From Octopus bimaculoides (Eukaryota), in contig NC_068987.1 of the NCBI RefSeq assembly GCF_001194135.2, forward strand, positions 9,265,493-9,305,543: a stretch of DNA of 40,051 nt, in the 5' to 3' direction. Of this stretch, positions 22,406-33,990 are shown in pieces (the first letter of the stretch is position 1; every line of letters begins with the position of its first letter). The position numbers and the translations under genes were made by a program. Below the pieces are notes generated by a model, which made no database searches, was not told the origin of the DNA, and worked only from the letters and a program-made list of their open reading frames with translations.

Positions 22406-22440
22406 TTTTCCCACAAAGAGCTATGCTCGAAACGCCAAAA
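22406..22440 (+). ncRNA. Inactivated hammerhead-like relic in a Penelope-like terminal repeat (about 22375-22550)
   Basis: tttt-CCCACAA-a-gagc.tat.gctc-GAAA-C-GCC-aaaa. Same stem II as 11355 and 37205, but the core is mutated. Confidence 0.45.
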
Positions 22441-22699
22441 TCTCTCCTTTCACTGAACGTCAAGGTAATACATTTCTTATGCACGTCCTCACGCTCGTTT
22501 TTTTTTTTTTCGTATTTTTATTTGACTTTTTTTGTTTTGAATTGTTTGTTTATTTGAATTGACTATGTGTATGTATCACGGATTTTGGAACGTAACACAC
22601 GCGATAATCGACGGATTATTGTAATATATATAAAATGCAAAAATCACTTTATAAGCAGCAATGGTCAATAAAATATAAATTAAATTTTAAAATTTATTT

Positions 22700-22750
22700 T
22701 TTTGCAGCCTGGCACCAAATGATCCACGGACCTTTGAGTAGGGACCGCTG
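22700..22750 (+). mobile_element. hAT/Charlie-like MITE right end
   Basis: gatccacggacc...tttgagtagggaccgctg followed by ccttagag, a Charlie-like target. Confidence 0.45.
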
Positions 22751-22808
22751 CCTTAGAGAAGTTCTACTCTACGTCACTGACCAACAGATTGCAACTCAGC
22801 GAAGAATC

Positions 22809-23051
22809 TTAACCCATTCATGCCGATCGTCTGTTTAAACTGACCCTTAATTTATAAGGGTATCAAACAAATACTTGATACAAATTGTGATTTGTGTATG
22901 ATCTGTATCAAAGAATGAAACATGTCCTTAACGCGTATGCAGTCTGCATCAAACGGATTTCAATGAAATTTTTTTCAGTTGTTATTTAGATCAAAATAAT
23001 AGTTTCAGTGAATTTTCAGGCACTAGGATATTTTCGACACGAATGGGTTAA
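22809..23051. mobile_element. piggyBac-type MITE
   Basis: TTAA at 22809-22812 and 23048-23051. Ends ttaacccattcatgccga and tcgacacgaatgggttaa match at 16/18. Confidence 0.75.
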
Positions 23052-23275
23052 TTTGTAACTTTCCAACAATATTCTAGGGTATTTATTTATCAATTTTTTT
23101 TTTACGTAGTCTATTACATAGCACAGAAAGGAGAGTACACGTTATCACACAATCTCATTTACGCTCCGTTATAAACCTGATACTTTGTGTCTATAAACGT
23201 TTGCCACCAAGATTCTGTGTAGAGTAGACTACTTCAGTAAGTTCTCTAAGAAGTATACAATTTCCTGTCTTATAG

Positions 23276-23295
23276 TTATGGTCGATGGAGCAGAA
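23276..23295 (+). CDS. Candidate 20-nt micro-exon ((F)MVDGAE)
   Basis: tttcctgtcttatag|...|gtaagg; strong splice signals on both sides. Confidence 0.22.
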
Positions 23296-23829
23296 GTAAG
23301 GAATACAAGCATTAACAATTTGAACGGTCTCCGTTATGAAATGTGATGTTTGGAAGTTTAAATTTCACTTAGATAGATCTAATAGTTCATCTGAATTTGA
23401 TAGAAGAGGCGTTAGAAAATATATAGAGGTACCATTTTTGTTTAGAAGTGGTACCAATCTCTTTCTTCTTGTCGTAGGTACGTAAAAATGATGACTTCCC
23501 AGTATTTTCTTAGATCAGGTGTAGGATATAGGGAGGGGCAGGAGAAGAGGAAAGAGGAAAGAAGTGAAAGTGTGAGTGTAGAAATATGTATATGAGTAAT
23601 TATTTAATGCTATCGACATGAAGCCATAGGACCGGCTGATGGATAACTTTTGGTTTCACCGGTATTAAATGGATGATAAATATACCTCACTCCTTTACTT
23701 CCTATACAGTAGGCACGCGAAGCAATGTTGTGAAATAAACAAACTTTAAGATAGTTCAAAGGCCATTTTTACTGCGTGGAGAAAATTCTTGCTTTTAGTC
23801 AATCAGAGAAAAAACAACAGTCATTTCAG

Positions 23830-23965
23830 GCGCCTCTTGAATGCGTTTCAAGCTTGTCAACCATCGTCAGCTTAGCATACAAAACAGATGATCCTTTTAC
23901 AGAAGCTGAATGTAATATGAAATGGCCAGAGACGTTTTCACTTTTATACCCTCATCAGAACTCCG
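23830..23965 (+). CDS. Candidate exon (APLECVSSLSTIVSLAYKTDDPFTEAECNMKWPETFSLLYPHQNS), unidentified
   Basis: Acceptor tcatttcag, only one open frame, weak donor GTTAAG; phase-compatible with the two exons above. Confidence 0.25.
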
Positions 23966-24449
23966 GTTAAGGTCCACATTCCTTAGAACTTTATCGGTTT
24001 TGTGTCCTAGACAAAGTATTAAATTGCAACCGGTGCTGAGGCCCCTGGAGCTCTGAAATTCAGGAGTTTGGAGGAGTAAGAAAATTCCTTAGTCACCTTT
24101 ACTCCCAGATCCGCTTTGATAGTACCTTTCCAGAACCCTAGTTCTGGGTTAAATAACACGAGAAGGTTCTATGATTAACATATACAGGATTCAGAGGAGG
24201 GCTGGATCCTGATCATGTGTCGCGCAGGCACACTAGTGTGTGGACATGTTCTGATACCACGTCAACCAGTCCCCTTGTCTAAGGATTAAATAGCCCCCCC
24301 CCCCACCATTTGCCTCAGTTACAAACTCTGTGAAACAGGAGACGAGCAGAGTGAATTGTAAATAAATAGGCAAAAGGCGACGAGGAATCACTGTTGTAAG
24401 TTTTTACTTGATGGTCCATGGTTGCCGACACTTGTAAGCATGGCATATG

Positions 24450-24793
24450 AAAAAGAGAGTAAGAAAAAAAGAGAAACAAACAGGCAGACACAGAAAGAGA
24501 GACCAAGACAGATAGAGAGAAAGAGAGAAAGAGGGAGAGAGAAAGAGGGAGAGAGAAACAGAGAAACAGACAGACAGACAAAAAGAGAGACCAAGACAGA
24601 GACACAGATAGCGGAAAACAGAGAGAGAGAGAGAGAGAGAGAGAAACAAACAGAAAGACAGACACAGGAAGAGAGACCAAGACAAAGACAGAGAGAAAGA
24701 GCAAGACAAAGAGAGAGAGAGAAAGAGGGGAAGAGAAGGGGTGAGTGTGTGTGTATATGTGTATGTCTTTGTGTGTGTGTATGTATGTGTGTA

Positions 24794-24871
<78 letters not shown>

Positions 24872-24876
24872 TGTGT
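24450..24876. repeat. AG/ACAG-rich tract followed by (TG)n
   Basis: Seen directly. Confidence 0.95.
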
Positions 24877-25067
24877 AAGACAAAAAATTCTTTGTAGATC
24901 AGAAAAAGTGGTTGTTTCCAAAATGGCGGAAAAATTATTCACAAAACTGTTCTGTAAGATAGGCCTGTCACATCCGGCTGTACGACTACGTAACATATCG
25001 GGAGTTATATGTAAACAAATAATCTGCGATTGGTGTTTATGTTGTGTCTCTGGGAAAAGACACTTAC

Positions 25068-25170
25068 TGCAACATGCCGCATTCAGGTTTCAGTTTTCCA
25101 CCGACTTGCTCCATTCTTACTTCGTGTAACGATTTATTTCTCCTTAAACGTATTGCAATACCATTCGATG
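25068..25170 (-). CDS. Candidate exon ((S)SNGIAIRLRRNKSLHEVRMEQVGGKLKPECGML), unidentified
   Basis: Acceptor ttcactgttcag, donor GCA|GTAAGT, only one open frame. Confidence 0.22.
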
Positions 25171-25309
25171 CTGAACAGTGAACCTATAAATTCTACGAAT
25201 ACTCGACTCCACGAAATACTTAACTAACCATATGACTGACATCCAATCTTTCAACCAAAACATCAAATCCTTGCGGAATATACAATTTCATGAACAGCGA
25301 GAAACCACT

Positions 25310-25350
<41 letters not shown>

Positions 25351-25366
25351 GTGGATATATATATGC

Positions 25367-25414
<48 letters not shown>

Positions 25415-26119
25415 GGGGGGAGAGATAAATGCCAAAATATAATTGCAGTTTATTTTATGATAAACAAAATGCGCTAGACATGGCCAAAACACAGATATGC
25501 AGAAACGAATACATTGCATTGTTTATTTTTGTAGACGGTTCTATGTATAAACTGCGCAGAGGAAGTCTTCGCTGTTAATCCTCACGCTTGCTTCCGGTAT
25601 AGGATTGGTCGATCGAATATCAGAGCTTATTAGTTGCAATGTATTTAATCTACTAGGTGATTTGGTTATGTGAAAAGAATTGTATCAACGAGGTGAGATA
25701 CATTGCAGTATTAAACTCGGAAATAATTAAGCTGACTCGACGACAGCTCAACGAAAAATTGGCTCATTGTGTCAGAAGTGTTCATTCTACTCTAAAAACT
25801 TATAATTTATTAAGATTTGTTAACAAATTTGCCAAATATAATGATACAACGTCCATGATATTTGCAAAGTCTCCCAGATTGCTCTGAATGATAGAGTTGA
25901 TGTTCTGTTTAAACATTTATAGCTTGATATCTATCAGACTTCATTTTAACCTCACAGGTTAAATACTTTACCTTATGTTTCCTTCAAATTGGATTGAAGA
26001 GTGTAAAGATTATAACCTAACCTTGAGATACAACAGAATTAATAAAATTCGGAGTGAGCTACGTCGACACATGCAGTAAGGTTTCAGCTTGACAAGTAAC
26101 AGCAGATCCAATAGTAAGA

Positions 26120-26268
26120 GAAAGACCGCTAAGCATTTCGTCCAGCGTGCTAACGATTCTGCCAGCTCGCTGACTTAATAATAAGAGCAGATTAGGTCCG
26201 TCTTTACGTTCTGAGATCAAATTCCGCCGAGGTCGACTGGCCTGGTACCAAAATTTGAAACCAAATAA
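26120..26268. mobile_element. SINE-B head (minus, 26120-26178) and a deleted SINE-B (plus, 26195-26268)
   Basis: SINE-B motifs in both orientations. Confidence 0.75.
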
Positions 26269-26600
26269 ACATGTGTTTATTCTGATATCAAGATTGAAAA
26301 CATCGACCTTGTTTGTAAAATATCTTGGCCTTGGGTTTACACCCTCAAAGCAAATTTATTTCGTTCCCGCGCTTTTGCATTGCACCATTCATCCTCCTCT
26401 TTTCAAGGCGACAGGCAGTAGTTTTAGGGAAATTTTCCAGACTTGTAATAACGAGTTCATAGTCTGTATGAGGTCGTCGAAATTATCAGTCGGTAGCAAT
26501 AAATCTATTAAGTATTTCCTTTCTCGTGGCTTTATATTTTATTAAAAATATTAAATTGCAAATTTAAAGATTCATTAAAATTATGCTAAAACTTTCACAG

Positions 26601-26720
26601 CAGTGGTTCTCAACCGGGTTCCATATGGCTCTTGGATGTCCATAGAAGATTTTGCTGTTAAAATAAGCTGGTTATACTTTTGCAAGAGTGATTCCCAACC
26701 TTTTCACAGCGGTTCCCAAC
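26601..26720 (+). mobile_element. hAT/Charlie-like left termini
   Basis: CAGTGGTTCTCAACC at 26601, GAGTGATTCCCAACC at 26686, CAGCGGTTCCCAAC at 26707. Confidence 0.5.
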
Positions 26721-26774
26721 TCATGTATTTAAATGAATTTTCCTACGGCCCCATTTCAATATGTTTATCTTTGT

Positions 26775-27290
26775 GTTCTGAGTTCAAATGCTGCCGGGGT
26801 CGACTTTGTCTTTCATCTTTTCGGGGTCGAATACAGGGGGTCGATGTAATCGACTTATTCCCTTCCCCGTTAAGCATTTCGTCTGCCGCTACGTCCTGAG
26901 TTCAAATTCCGCCGAGGTCGACTTTGCCTTTCATCCTTTCAGAGTCGATAATTTAAGTACCAGTTGCATACTGAGGTCGGTATAATCGACTATTCCCCTC
27001 CCACAAATTTCAGGCCTTTTGCCTCCAGTAGAAACGAATATTTAATTCGACTTTAAGGAGGCGAGGTGGCAGAATGGTTAGCAGGCCGGACAGAATGCTT
27101 AGTAACAATTCGTACGTCTTCACGTTCTGAGTTCAAATTCCACCGTGGTCAACTTTGCTTTTCATCCTTTCGGGAGCGATAAAAATAAGTAACAGTCGAG
27201 CATTGGGTTGAGGTAATTGACTAGACACCCACCCCCACTCCGTAAAATTTCAGGCCTTGCGCTTATAGTAGAGAGGTTTATTAAATTTGA
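26775..27290 (+). mobile_element. Three head-to-tail SINE-B copies
   Basis: ctgagttcaaat...gtc(g/a)actttg units at about 26775, 26871 and 27057. Confidence 0.85.
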
Positions 27291-27340
27291 CTTTGGTTTG
27301 TTTTTAATTATGATTTTATACATGTTGGGTTTTATGTCTT

Positions 27341-27677
27341 TCTTTTTATCTTTTACTTGTTTCAGTCATTAGACTGCGACCATGCTGGAGCATCGCCTTG
27401 GGGAATTCTTAGTCGAATGAATCGATCTCAGCATTTCATTTTCTTTAAAAGCTTGCTGCTTATTCTATCGATTTCTTTCGCAGAACCGTTGAGTTACAAA
27501 TACGTAAACACACCAATACCCGTTGTCAAGCGGTTGTGGGGGACAAACACAGACACAAAGACACACACACACACACACATAATTCCACTCTCCAGCCATT
27601 GGTCGGCTCACGCAGTGGGACTGAACTCGGAACCATGTGGTTGTGACGCAAGGTTTTTTGCTACACAGACACGCCTC
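27341..27677 (-). mobile_element. SINE-A with an internal deletion
   Basis: Tail, linker and head present; CORE region partly missing. Confidence 0.85.
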
Positions 27678-28529
27678 ATAGGTATATATCAGCTCGGGTG
27701 TCGATGAAGTATCGACCTCATTATCTCGTCGTGGTTTATTTATTAGCGCTAAGTAATGCATAGGCGGGAAGCAATTTAACCCGAAGTTTACGGATATTTG
27801 TACGAAAGCAAACAAAAAAGGGAAAACTGTCAAACAAATTCACTATTCGTATTTGGAGTAGTTTTTTTTTTTTCGGGTATGGCTCTAAACTGCATTTCGT
27901 AGTGGGGCCTAGGTTTGGGAGTCACGAGGTTTTGAGGAGTGTGGAACCCCACCTTAACCGCTATTGTTCCCAGGACCACACTGACAAGGCGTAGTAGCGT
28001 CTGACAGGATCCCAGCAATGGGTTAATTAGCATTTCCGGAAACTGCCACCGAAAGATTACTCACTGACACCCTAACGGACCCAGGATACTGAGACCCTTC
28101 ATCTCTTTAGCTGATTGTCTTAGAGAAAGCAACTCCACACAAATTCTGCTTTCTGATATCTGTCGGGATCATCGTCCTGTTGCACCAGATTAGTTCAAGT
28201 TTCAAAGACGAGAAAGTGGGACTAGCTCTGCATAAACTGTCTTCTATAATAATTAACCCCTGCTACATTGTGGGGTCATTTATTAAGCGTTTAAACAATG
28301 CTAAGGGAGTAAACCCCAATAGAAAATCCAGAGGAAGGCAAGTATGTATGGTTACATTTAGCCAATATTTGGCATCCCTTGCAGCTTCATGGATGCTGAG
28401 AACATATTGACTTGACGTTCCTTTCTGGCTTATCCACGAGTGGAGAGGTGGTTGATGTATTTTGAGGTAGGTACTCGCTTCATGAAACTGCCCAAGCATA
28501 TCAGAAGTGGTTGCATTACGGTCTCTAAA

Positions 28530-28581
28530 ATACTGCTCGGTCACGGAACGAATTCAACTCGTACTGCGAGGTATCACTGTA
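28530..28581 (-). mobile_element. Tigger/pogo-like TIR remnant
   Basis: Minus strand: TA-CAGTGATACCTCGCAGTACGAGTTGAATTCGTTCCG resembles Tigger-type termini; no partner TIR found. Confidence 0.4.
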
Positions 28582-28723
28582 TTAGCGACAGAAGCAGCAT
28601 TAATACCGCGAGGTAATATTTATTCCCACTTAAATGTGGATGTCCTGTTAGAACAAATTATACTGTGGTAGATGCCTTGAGAGAAAATCTCATATAGGCT
28701 TTGATGTAAAATGCACTCTTGTT

Positions 28724-28824
28724 TATATTGTTAGTGGGGAGATTTCGACCTTACTTGGTCTTGTTCATGATGGGTCGCTCGACCACTAGAGATAGCTGCG
28801 ACTTATCTCCCCACTAACTATATA
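28724..28824 (-). ncRNA. Three-way-junction foldback shaped like a type III hammerhead (degenerate core)
   Basis: 20-bp terminal arms with 1 mismatch, inner stems gtcgc/gcgac and gacc/ggtc, and GAAA at the correct junction. Confidence 0.35.
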
Positions 28825-29254
28825 GAGAGATTAACAGTGATAGGACAAGGTCAAACAAGGATCACATAATGATATTTAAATAGAAACTGTGTTAGGTCTA
28901 ACATGCGCCACCATAATAAGGGTGCCATAGAGATTTTGTCACGAAACTAGTTCAAGACTGAGTTATTTACTGCAATCAGAATCTCCTATTTTCCAAGCCT
29001 TTCTGTAATTGGTGTGTGAACAGGGCTCCTAGACGGGTGGCCTTCGCTGTTCGCTGCGGTAAAAGAACCGAATTCTCTTTTAAGGCCACGTCTTTCTTTA
29101 AAATGATTGTATTTAAAAGACATCCAATACCACATTTTCGTATTAGCAATCTTTTTGAAATTATTAATTTTTTTATAAGGAAACGAGGTCAACGCATGTA
29201 TATGAAATATTTATGATATATAATAAAGCACTATGTATGCCTGTCTGTCAGTCT

Positions 29255-29821
29255 CTTTGTATGTATGTATGTATGTATGTATGTATGTATGTATGTATGT
29301 ATGTATGTGTGCATATATGTATGTGTGCATGTATGTGTATGTGTTAATATATAAACAGAAACATATACATGAATGTATATATGTATGAATGTAAGTATGT
29401 ATGTATCTATGTATGTGTGTATGTATGTAAGTATGTACGTCAGTACGTATTTATCTATGCCTGTGTGTATGTATGCATGGAGGTATGTATGTATTATGCA
29501 CGTATGTATGTATGTATGTATGTATGTATGTATGTATGTATTTGTATACATATACATGCTCATATACATACGCAAGTACACTTACATACACGTACATATA
29601 TGTATTTATATAATACATACACATACATACACACGTATGTATGTGTATACTGTTGTATGTATGAATCCATTAATCTATGCACGTATATATGTATGCGTAT
29701 AATCCTACAAGGAAGTAAAAGATTTTTGTCACATGAGCTAACTAGTTTGGTGGGGAAGTATGCTTGTACAAACATTTGGACACAAATTCGGGTAATTTAT
29801 TAAAGACGGACACACCCAAAC

Positions 29822-29882
<61 letters not shown>
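29255..29882. repeat. (TATG)n/(TACA)n and (CA)n tracts
   Basis: Seen directly. Confidence 0.95.
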
Positions 29883-29962
29883 NNNNNNNNNNTGGAACAA
29901 AATTAAACTTTTATAAATTATTTTTTTTAAAAAACATTGGTTTCACAACATTGGTACTTTAT

Positions 29963-30394
29963 TTTTTTCTACTCCAGGCACAAGGCACGAAATTTTGCGG
30001 GGAGAGGGCCAGTCGATTAGATCGAACCCAGTACGCAACTACTACTTAATTTATCAACCCCGAAAGGATGAAAGGCAGAATCGACCTCGGCAGAATTCGA
30101 ACTCAGAACGTAAAGACAAACGAAATACCGCTAAGCATTTCGCCCGGTTTGCTTACGTTTCTAATTTCTTTACTGCCCACAAGGGGCTACACACAGAGGG
30201 GACAAACAATGGCAGACAAACGGATTAAGTCTATTATATCTACCCCAGTGCGTAACTGGTAGTTATTTAATCGACCCCGAAAGGATGAAAGGCAATGTCG
30301 ACCTCGGTGGAATTTGAACTCAGAACGTAAAGGCAGACGAAATACTGTTAAGCATTTCGCCCGGCGTGCTAACGTTTCTGCCAACTCACCACCT
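29963..30394 (-). mobile_element. Two head-to-tail SINE-B copies with different tail variants
   Basis: Units at 29963-30163 and 30163-30394. Confidence 0.9.
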
Positions 30395-30544
30395 AACATG
30401 GCTACTTTGGCAATAACATGGGGGCTAACAACAACCAGCTCCCACCATCTTCGGGGTATCTTGCTTTATTTGCTGTTTCCTTCTATATATATATTTTTTT
30501 ATATTTTACCGGTTCCAGTCATTAGACTGCGGCCATGCTTCTTA

Positions 30545-30585
<41 letters not shown>

Positions 30586-31738
30586 TATATGGTCCATGGG
30601 ATGAGCCGTTTTAACGATGCGTCCTGCCCAAGCTCGTCGAAACGCCGGTGTTAAAACGTGGGTAGCTGATGAAGTAGAATGTTCTCTATGTGGCTTGCAT
30701 GTCTTCTCGTCTACGTTTTGTTTGCAATGTCCTGTACCCAGATATTCGCCTATACATACAGGTGGATGTCGGTATGCACATACCTGTACGTATATATGCA
30801 TATTACTCATTTACTATTTGTTTTTACATGATTGAACGCAGCGTCTCNNNNNNNNNNNNNNNNNNNNNNNNNNNNNNNNNNNNNNNNNNNNNNNNNNNNN
30901 NNNNNNNNNNNNNNNNNNNNNNNNNNNNNNNNNNNNNNNNNNNNNNNNNNNNNNNNNNNNNNNNNNNNNNNNNNNNNNNNNNNNNNNNNNNNNNNNNNNN
31001 NNNNNNNNNNNNNNNNNNNNNNNNNNNNNNNNNNNNNNNNNNNNNNNNNNNNNNNNNNNNNNNNNNNNNNNNNNNNNNNNNNNNNNNNNNNNNNNNNNNN
31101 NNNNNNNNNNNNNNNNNNNNNNNNNNNNNNNNNNNNNNNNNNNNNNNNNNNNNNNNNNNNNNNNNNNNNNNNNNNNNNNNNNNNNNNNNNNNNNNNNNNN
31201 NNNNNNNNNNNNNNNNNNNNNNNNNNNNNNNNNNNNNNNNNNNNNNNNNNNNNNNNNNNNNNNNNNNNNNNNNNNNNNNNNNNNNNNNNNNNNNNNNNNN
31301 NNNNNNNNNNNNNNNNNNNNNNNNNNNNNNNNNNNNNNNNNNNNNNNNNNNNNNNNNNNNNNNNNNNNNNNNNNNNNNNNNNNNNNNNNNNNNNNNNNNN
31401 NNNNNNNNNNNNNNNNNNNNNNNNNNNNNNNNNNNNNNNNNNNNNNNNNNNNNNNNNNNNNNNNNNNNNNNNNNNNNNNNNNNNNNNNNNNNNNNNNNNN
31501 NNNNNNNNNNNNNNNNNNNNNNNNNNNNNNNNNNNNNNNNNNNNNNNNNNNNNNNNNNNNNNNNNNNNNNNNNNNNNNNNNNNNNNNNNNNNNNNNNNNN
31601 NNNNNNNNNNNNNNNNNNNNNNNNNNNNNNNNNNNNNNNNNNNNNNNNNNNNNNNNNNNNNNNNNNNNNNNNNNNNNNNNNNNNNNNNNNNNNNNNNNNN
31701 NNNNNNNNNNNNNNNNNNNNNNNNNNNNNNNNNNNNNN

Positions 31739-31830
31739 GGATTGATCCCAGAACTATGTGGTGCAGAAGCAAAGTTTTTTTTACCACACAGCCACGCCTG
31801 CGCCTATTCACACCGCCACGCCTGCGCCTA
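31739..31830 (-). mobile_element. SINE-A head with a duplicated 5' end
   Basis: caca(c)a/ccgccacgcctgcgccta occurs twice. Confidence 0.75.
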
Positions 31831-31909
31831 TAATGTAAAAATATGCGTAGTATGTGTGTATGTGTGTGTGTGTGTGTGTATGTGTGTGTGTGTGTGTGTG
31901 AATATATGT

Positions 31910-31956
<47 letters not shown>

Positions 31957-32247
31957 CACCACGTCATTCCATTTTTTAATGCTTTCATGTATGCATGTAT
32001 GTACGTATGTATTTACATACGTCTTCTCGAGATCAAAGAATGTTTGATATCGTGTAGCTGCTCCAATACACACACACACACACACACACACACGTGTATG
32101 TAAGTAGGTATGTATATGTGTGTATGTGAGAGTGAATGTGTGTGTGTGTGTGTGCGTGTGCGCGCGATGGCTGTGACTCGATTTCGATTATTGGCTTAAA
32201 CATGAACAACACGGACGTGGCTTTTCTCAGCACGGCAAGAGACTTAC

Positions 32248-32371
32248 ATTCTTTTGTACCGATGAGGCAATGATGGGCGCCTCTTGCAGTAGACGTTAGA
32301 ATATTTCTTTGCTGACCCTTCATACTGCATATATCTATGTTCCCCGCAAAAATTCCCTGTACCCTCAAATC
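32248..32371 (-). CDS. Candidate exon (DLRVQGIFAGNIDICSMKGQQRNILTSTARGAHHCLIGTKE), unidentified
   Basis: Strong acceptor tctctttatcag|G, donor AAT|GTAAGT; a 124-nt complex island between microsatellites. Confidence 0.3.
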
Positions 32372-32522
32372 CTGATAAAGAGACACACAAAAACAGACAC
32401 ACGCACACAAACAAACACACACACACACACACACACACACAGATAATAAAATTGACACAATGTAGGATATACAAATACTGTCTGAGTTATAGGAAGTGGA
32501 CAGGATCGAAACTGCTCACGTT

Positions 32523-32563
<41 letters not shown>

Positions 32564-32574
32564 TAGACAGATAC

Positions 32575-32617
<43 letters not shown>

Positions 32618-32857
32618 TATAGATAGATAGATAGATAGATAATAAGATAAGATAAGATACATACATAAATACATAGATAGATTAATAGATAGATAGATAT
32701 CTTTTTATTATAGCCACACAGGGCTAAATACAGAAAATGGACAAATTATAAAGTAGAGCTTTTCTTGGGGGGAGGGGGATAATTTCGATCAAAAGGGATC
32801 GCGGAAAAAAAAGGTGGGGATTTCGATCAAAAGGGATCGCGGGAAGAAAAAAAAAGT

Positions 32858-32917
<60 letters not shown>

Positions 32918-32920
32918 CAG
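32523..32920. repeat. (GACA)n/(GATA)n tracts enclosing a SINE-B-like tail fragment (minus, about 32700-32845)
   Basis: Seen directly; the tail agccctgtgtggct-ataataaa resembles the tail at 7547. Confidence 0.85.
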
Positions 32921-33354
32921 ATTAAGAGAATAGACTGAATTGTTATATTTCCACCCTTTGAAAACATACACCATAATGTAAAACGATCAAGATCAAGCAG
33001 GTGACCGTTTAATAACCCCACTTCCGGTCATTAACTTTCTTTCCCACATTGCTCCACCCTTGCTCGCCATTCCCCTCTTACATAGTTTTATTTATTTATT
33101 CATGAACAGAAGCATGGTGAAGTGGTTAAGAAATATTCTTCGCCATCTTGAGGTCTTGAGTTTCAAACCGTTGTATGTTATCACAGAGAGCTATCTTTTA
33201 TGGGTGGGGGCTGAATAATTCCTGGTTTTAAGGGTATCGCAAAAGGCTTGGTTGGAGTTCTGAGTTCTGAGTTCTTTCACAAGGCTTAGAAAAACTGAAG
33301 GACCGTTGCCATAAGTGTGAATCTGAGTGGGAATAATGTCGAACGAAGTCATAC

Positions 33355-33654
33355 TTAACCCATTACTTCCCATAATTCTATCAAATGGAATTTTGTTTAT
33401 GAAACTTTGATTTCTAGCATAAAACAGCCTTAGAAACAGGCTGGAAAATATCAAAATAACATTTCAAAATAACATTCTAAATAGAAATAAGCGAGATATT
33501 GGGTGAAAAATTAGCAAACCTCATTTGAATATCAGAGAAATATACCTAGTAGATATAGAAAAAAGGTTAGATATGTGTAAATATTGACAGATAATTACGA
33601 AATTTGTAATTTTTAAGTGATCTCATATGAGATCACTGGTAGGTAATGGGTTAA
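33355..33654. mobile_element. piggyBac-type MITE with a subterminal 22-bp palindrome
   Basis: TTAA at 33355-33358 and 33651-33654. Ends ttaacccattacttccc and ggtaggtaatgggttaa match at 15/17; agtgatctcatatgagatcact at 33616-33637. Confidence 0.75.
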
Positions 33655-33869
33655 CTGATATTCCTGTATTTTATTTTACCCAAAGCTACGAAGTTTTCAG
33701 TATCCCTTCGTATCGTATTCTCAGCAAGAGCCAATCCTTGTGTGTGGAATTGCACCGACCATCCTGTATTATTGGGGTGAATATCTAGAACAACATTGTA
33801 AGTATTCCACGGAGAAAAACTATAGGCGTAGACATGGCACATCGATTCCAGGATTTATTTTTAAACCTA

Positions 33870-33990
33870 GTACGTATTCTATCAACCTCTTTTGCCAAAC
33901 CTTTAGTTCACGGGCTTACGAGGACGTAAACAAACCAACACCGATTGTCAGTTTTAGTGGGAGGCAAACACAGACACGCTGGCGCACGCA
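33870..33990 (-). mobile_element. SINE-A internal fragment
   Basis: tattctatc...ttttgccaaacc...gacgtaaacaaaccaacaccgattgtca. Confidence 0.7.

Noticed and set aside
23846-23870. Minus-strand CTGACGA...GAAACGCA
   Set aside because: Weak stem II, non-cleavable GCA triplet and no stem I.
23926-23966. Minus-strand CTGATGA-gggtataaaagt-GAAA-acgtc
   Set aside because: Stem II does not pair and it overlaps a candidate exon. It could still be a very old relic.
24250-24259. tRNA-Met-type PBS-like TGGTATCAGA on the minus strand
   Set aside because: No adjacent LTR end (CA), second LTR or gag/pol sequence.
27954-28026. TTAACC...GGTTAA mini piggyBac-like pair
   Set aside because: The match is too short and gapped beyond 6 bp.
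33191-33454. 87-aa non-repetitive ORF
   Set aside because: It reads across the left boundary of the TTAA MITE, so it is a chance chimera.
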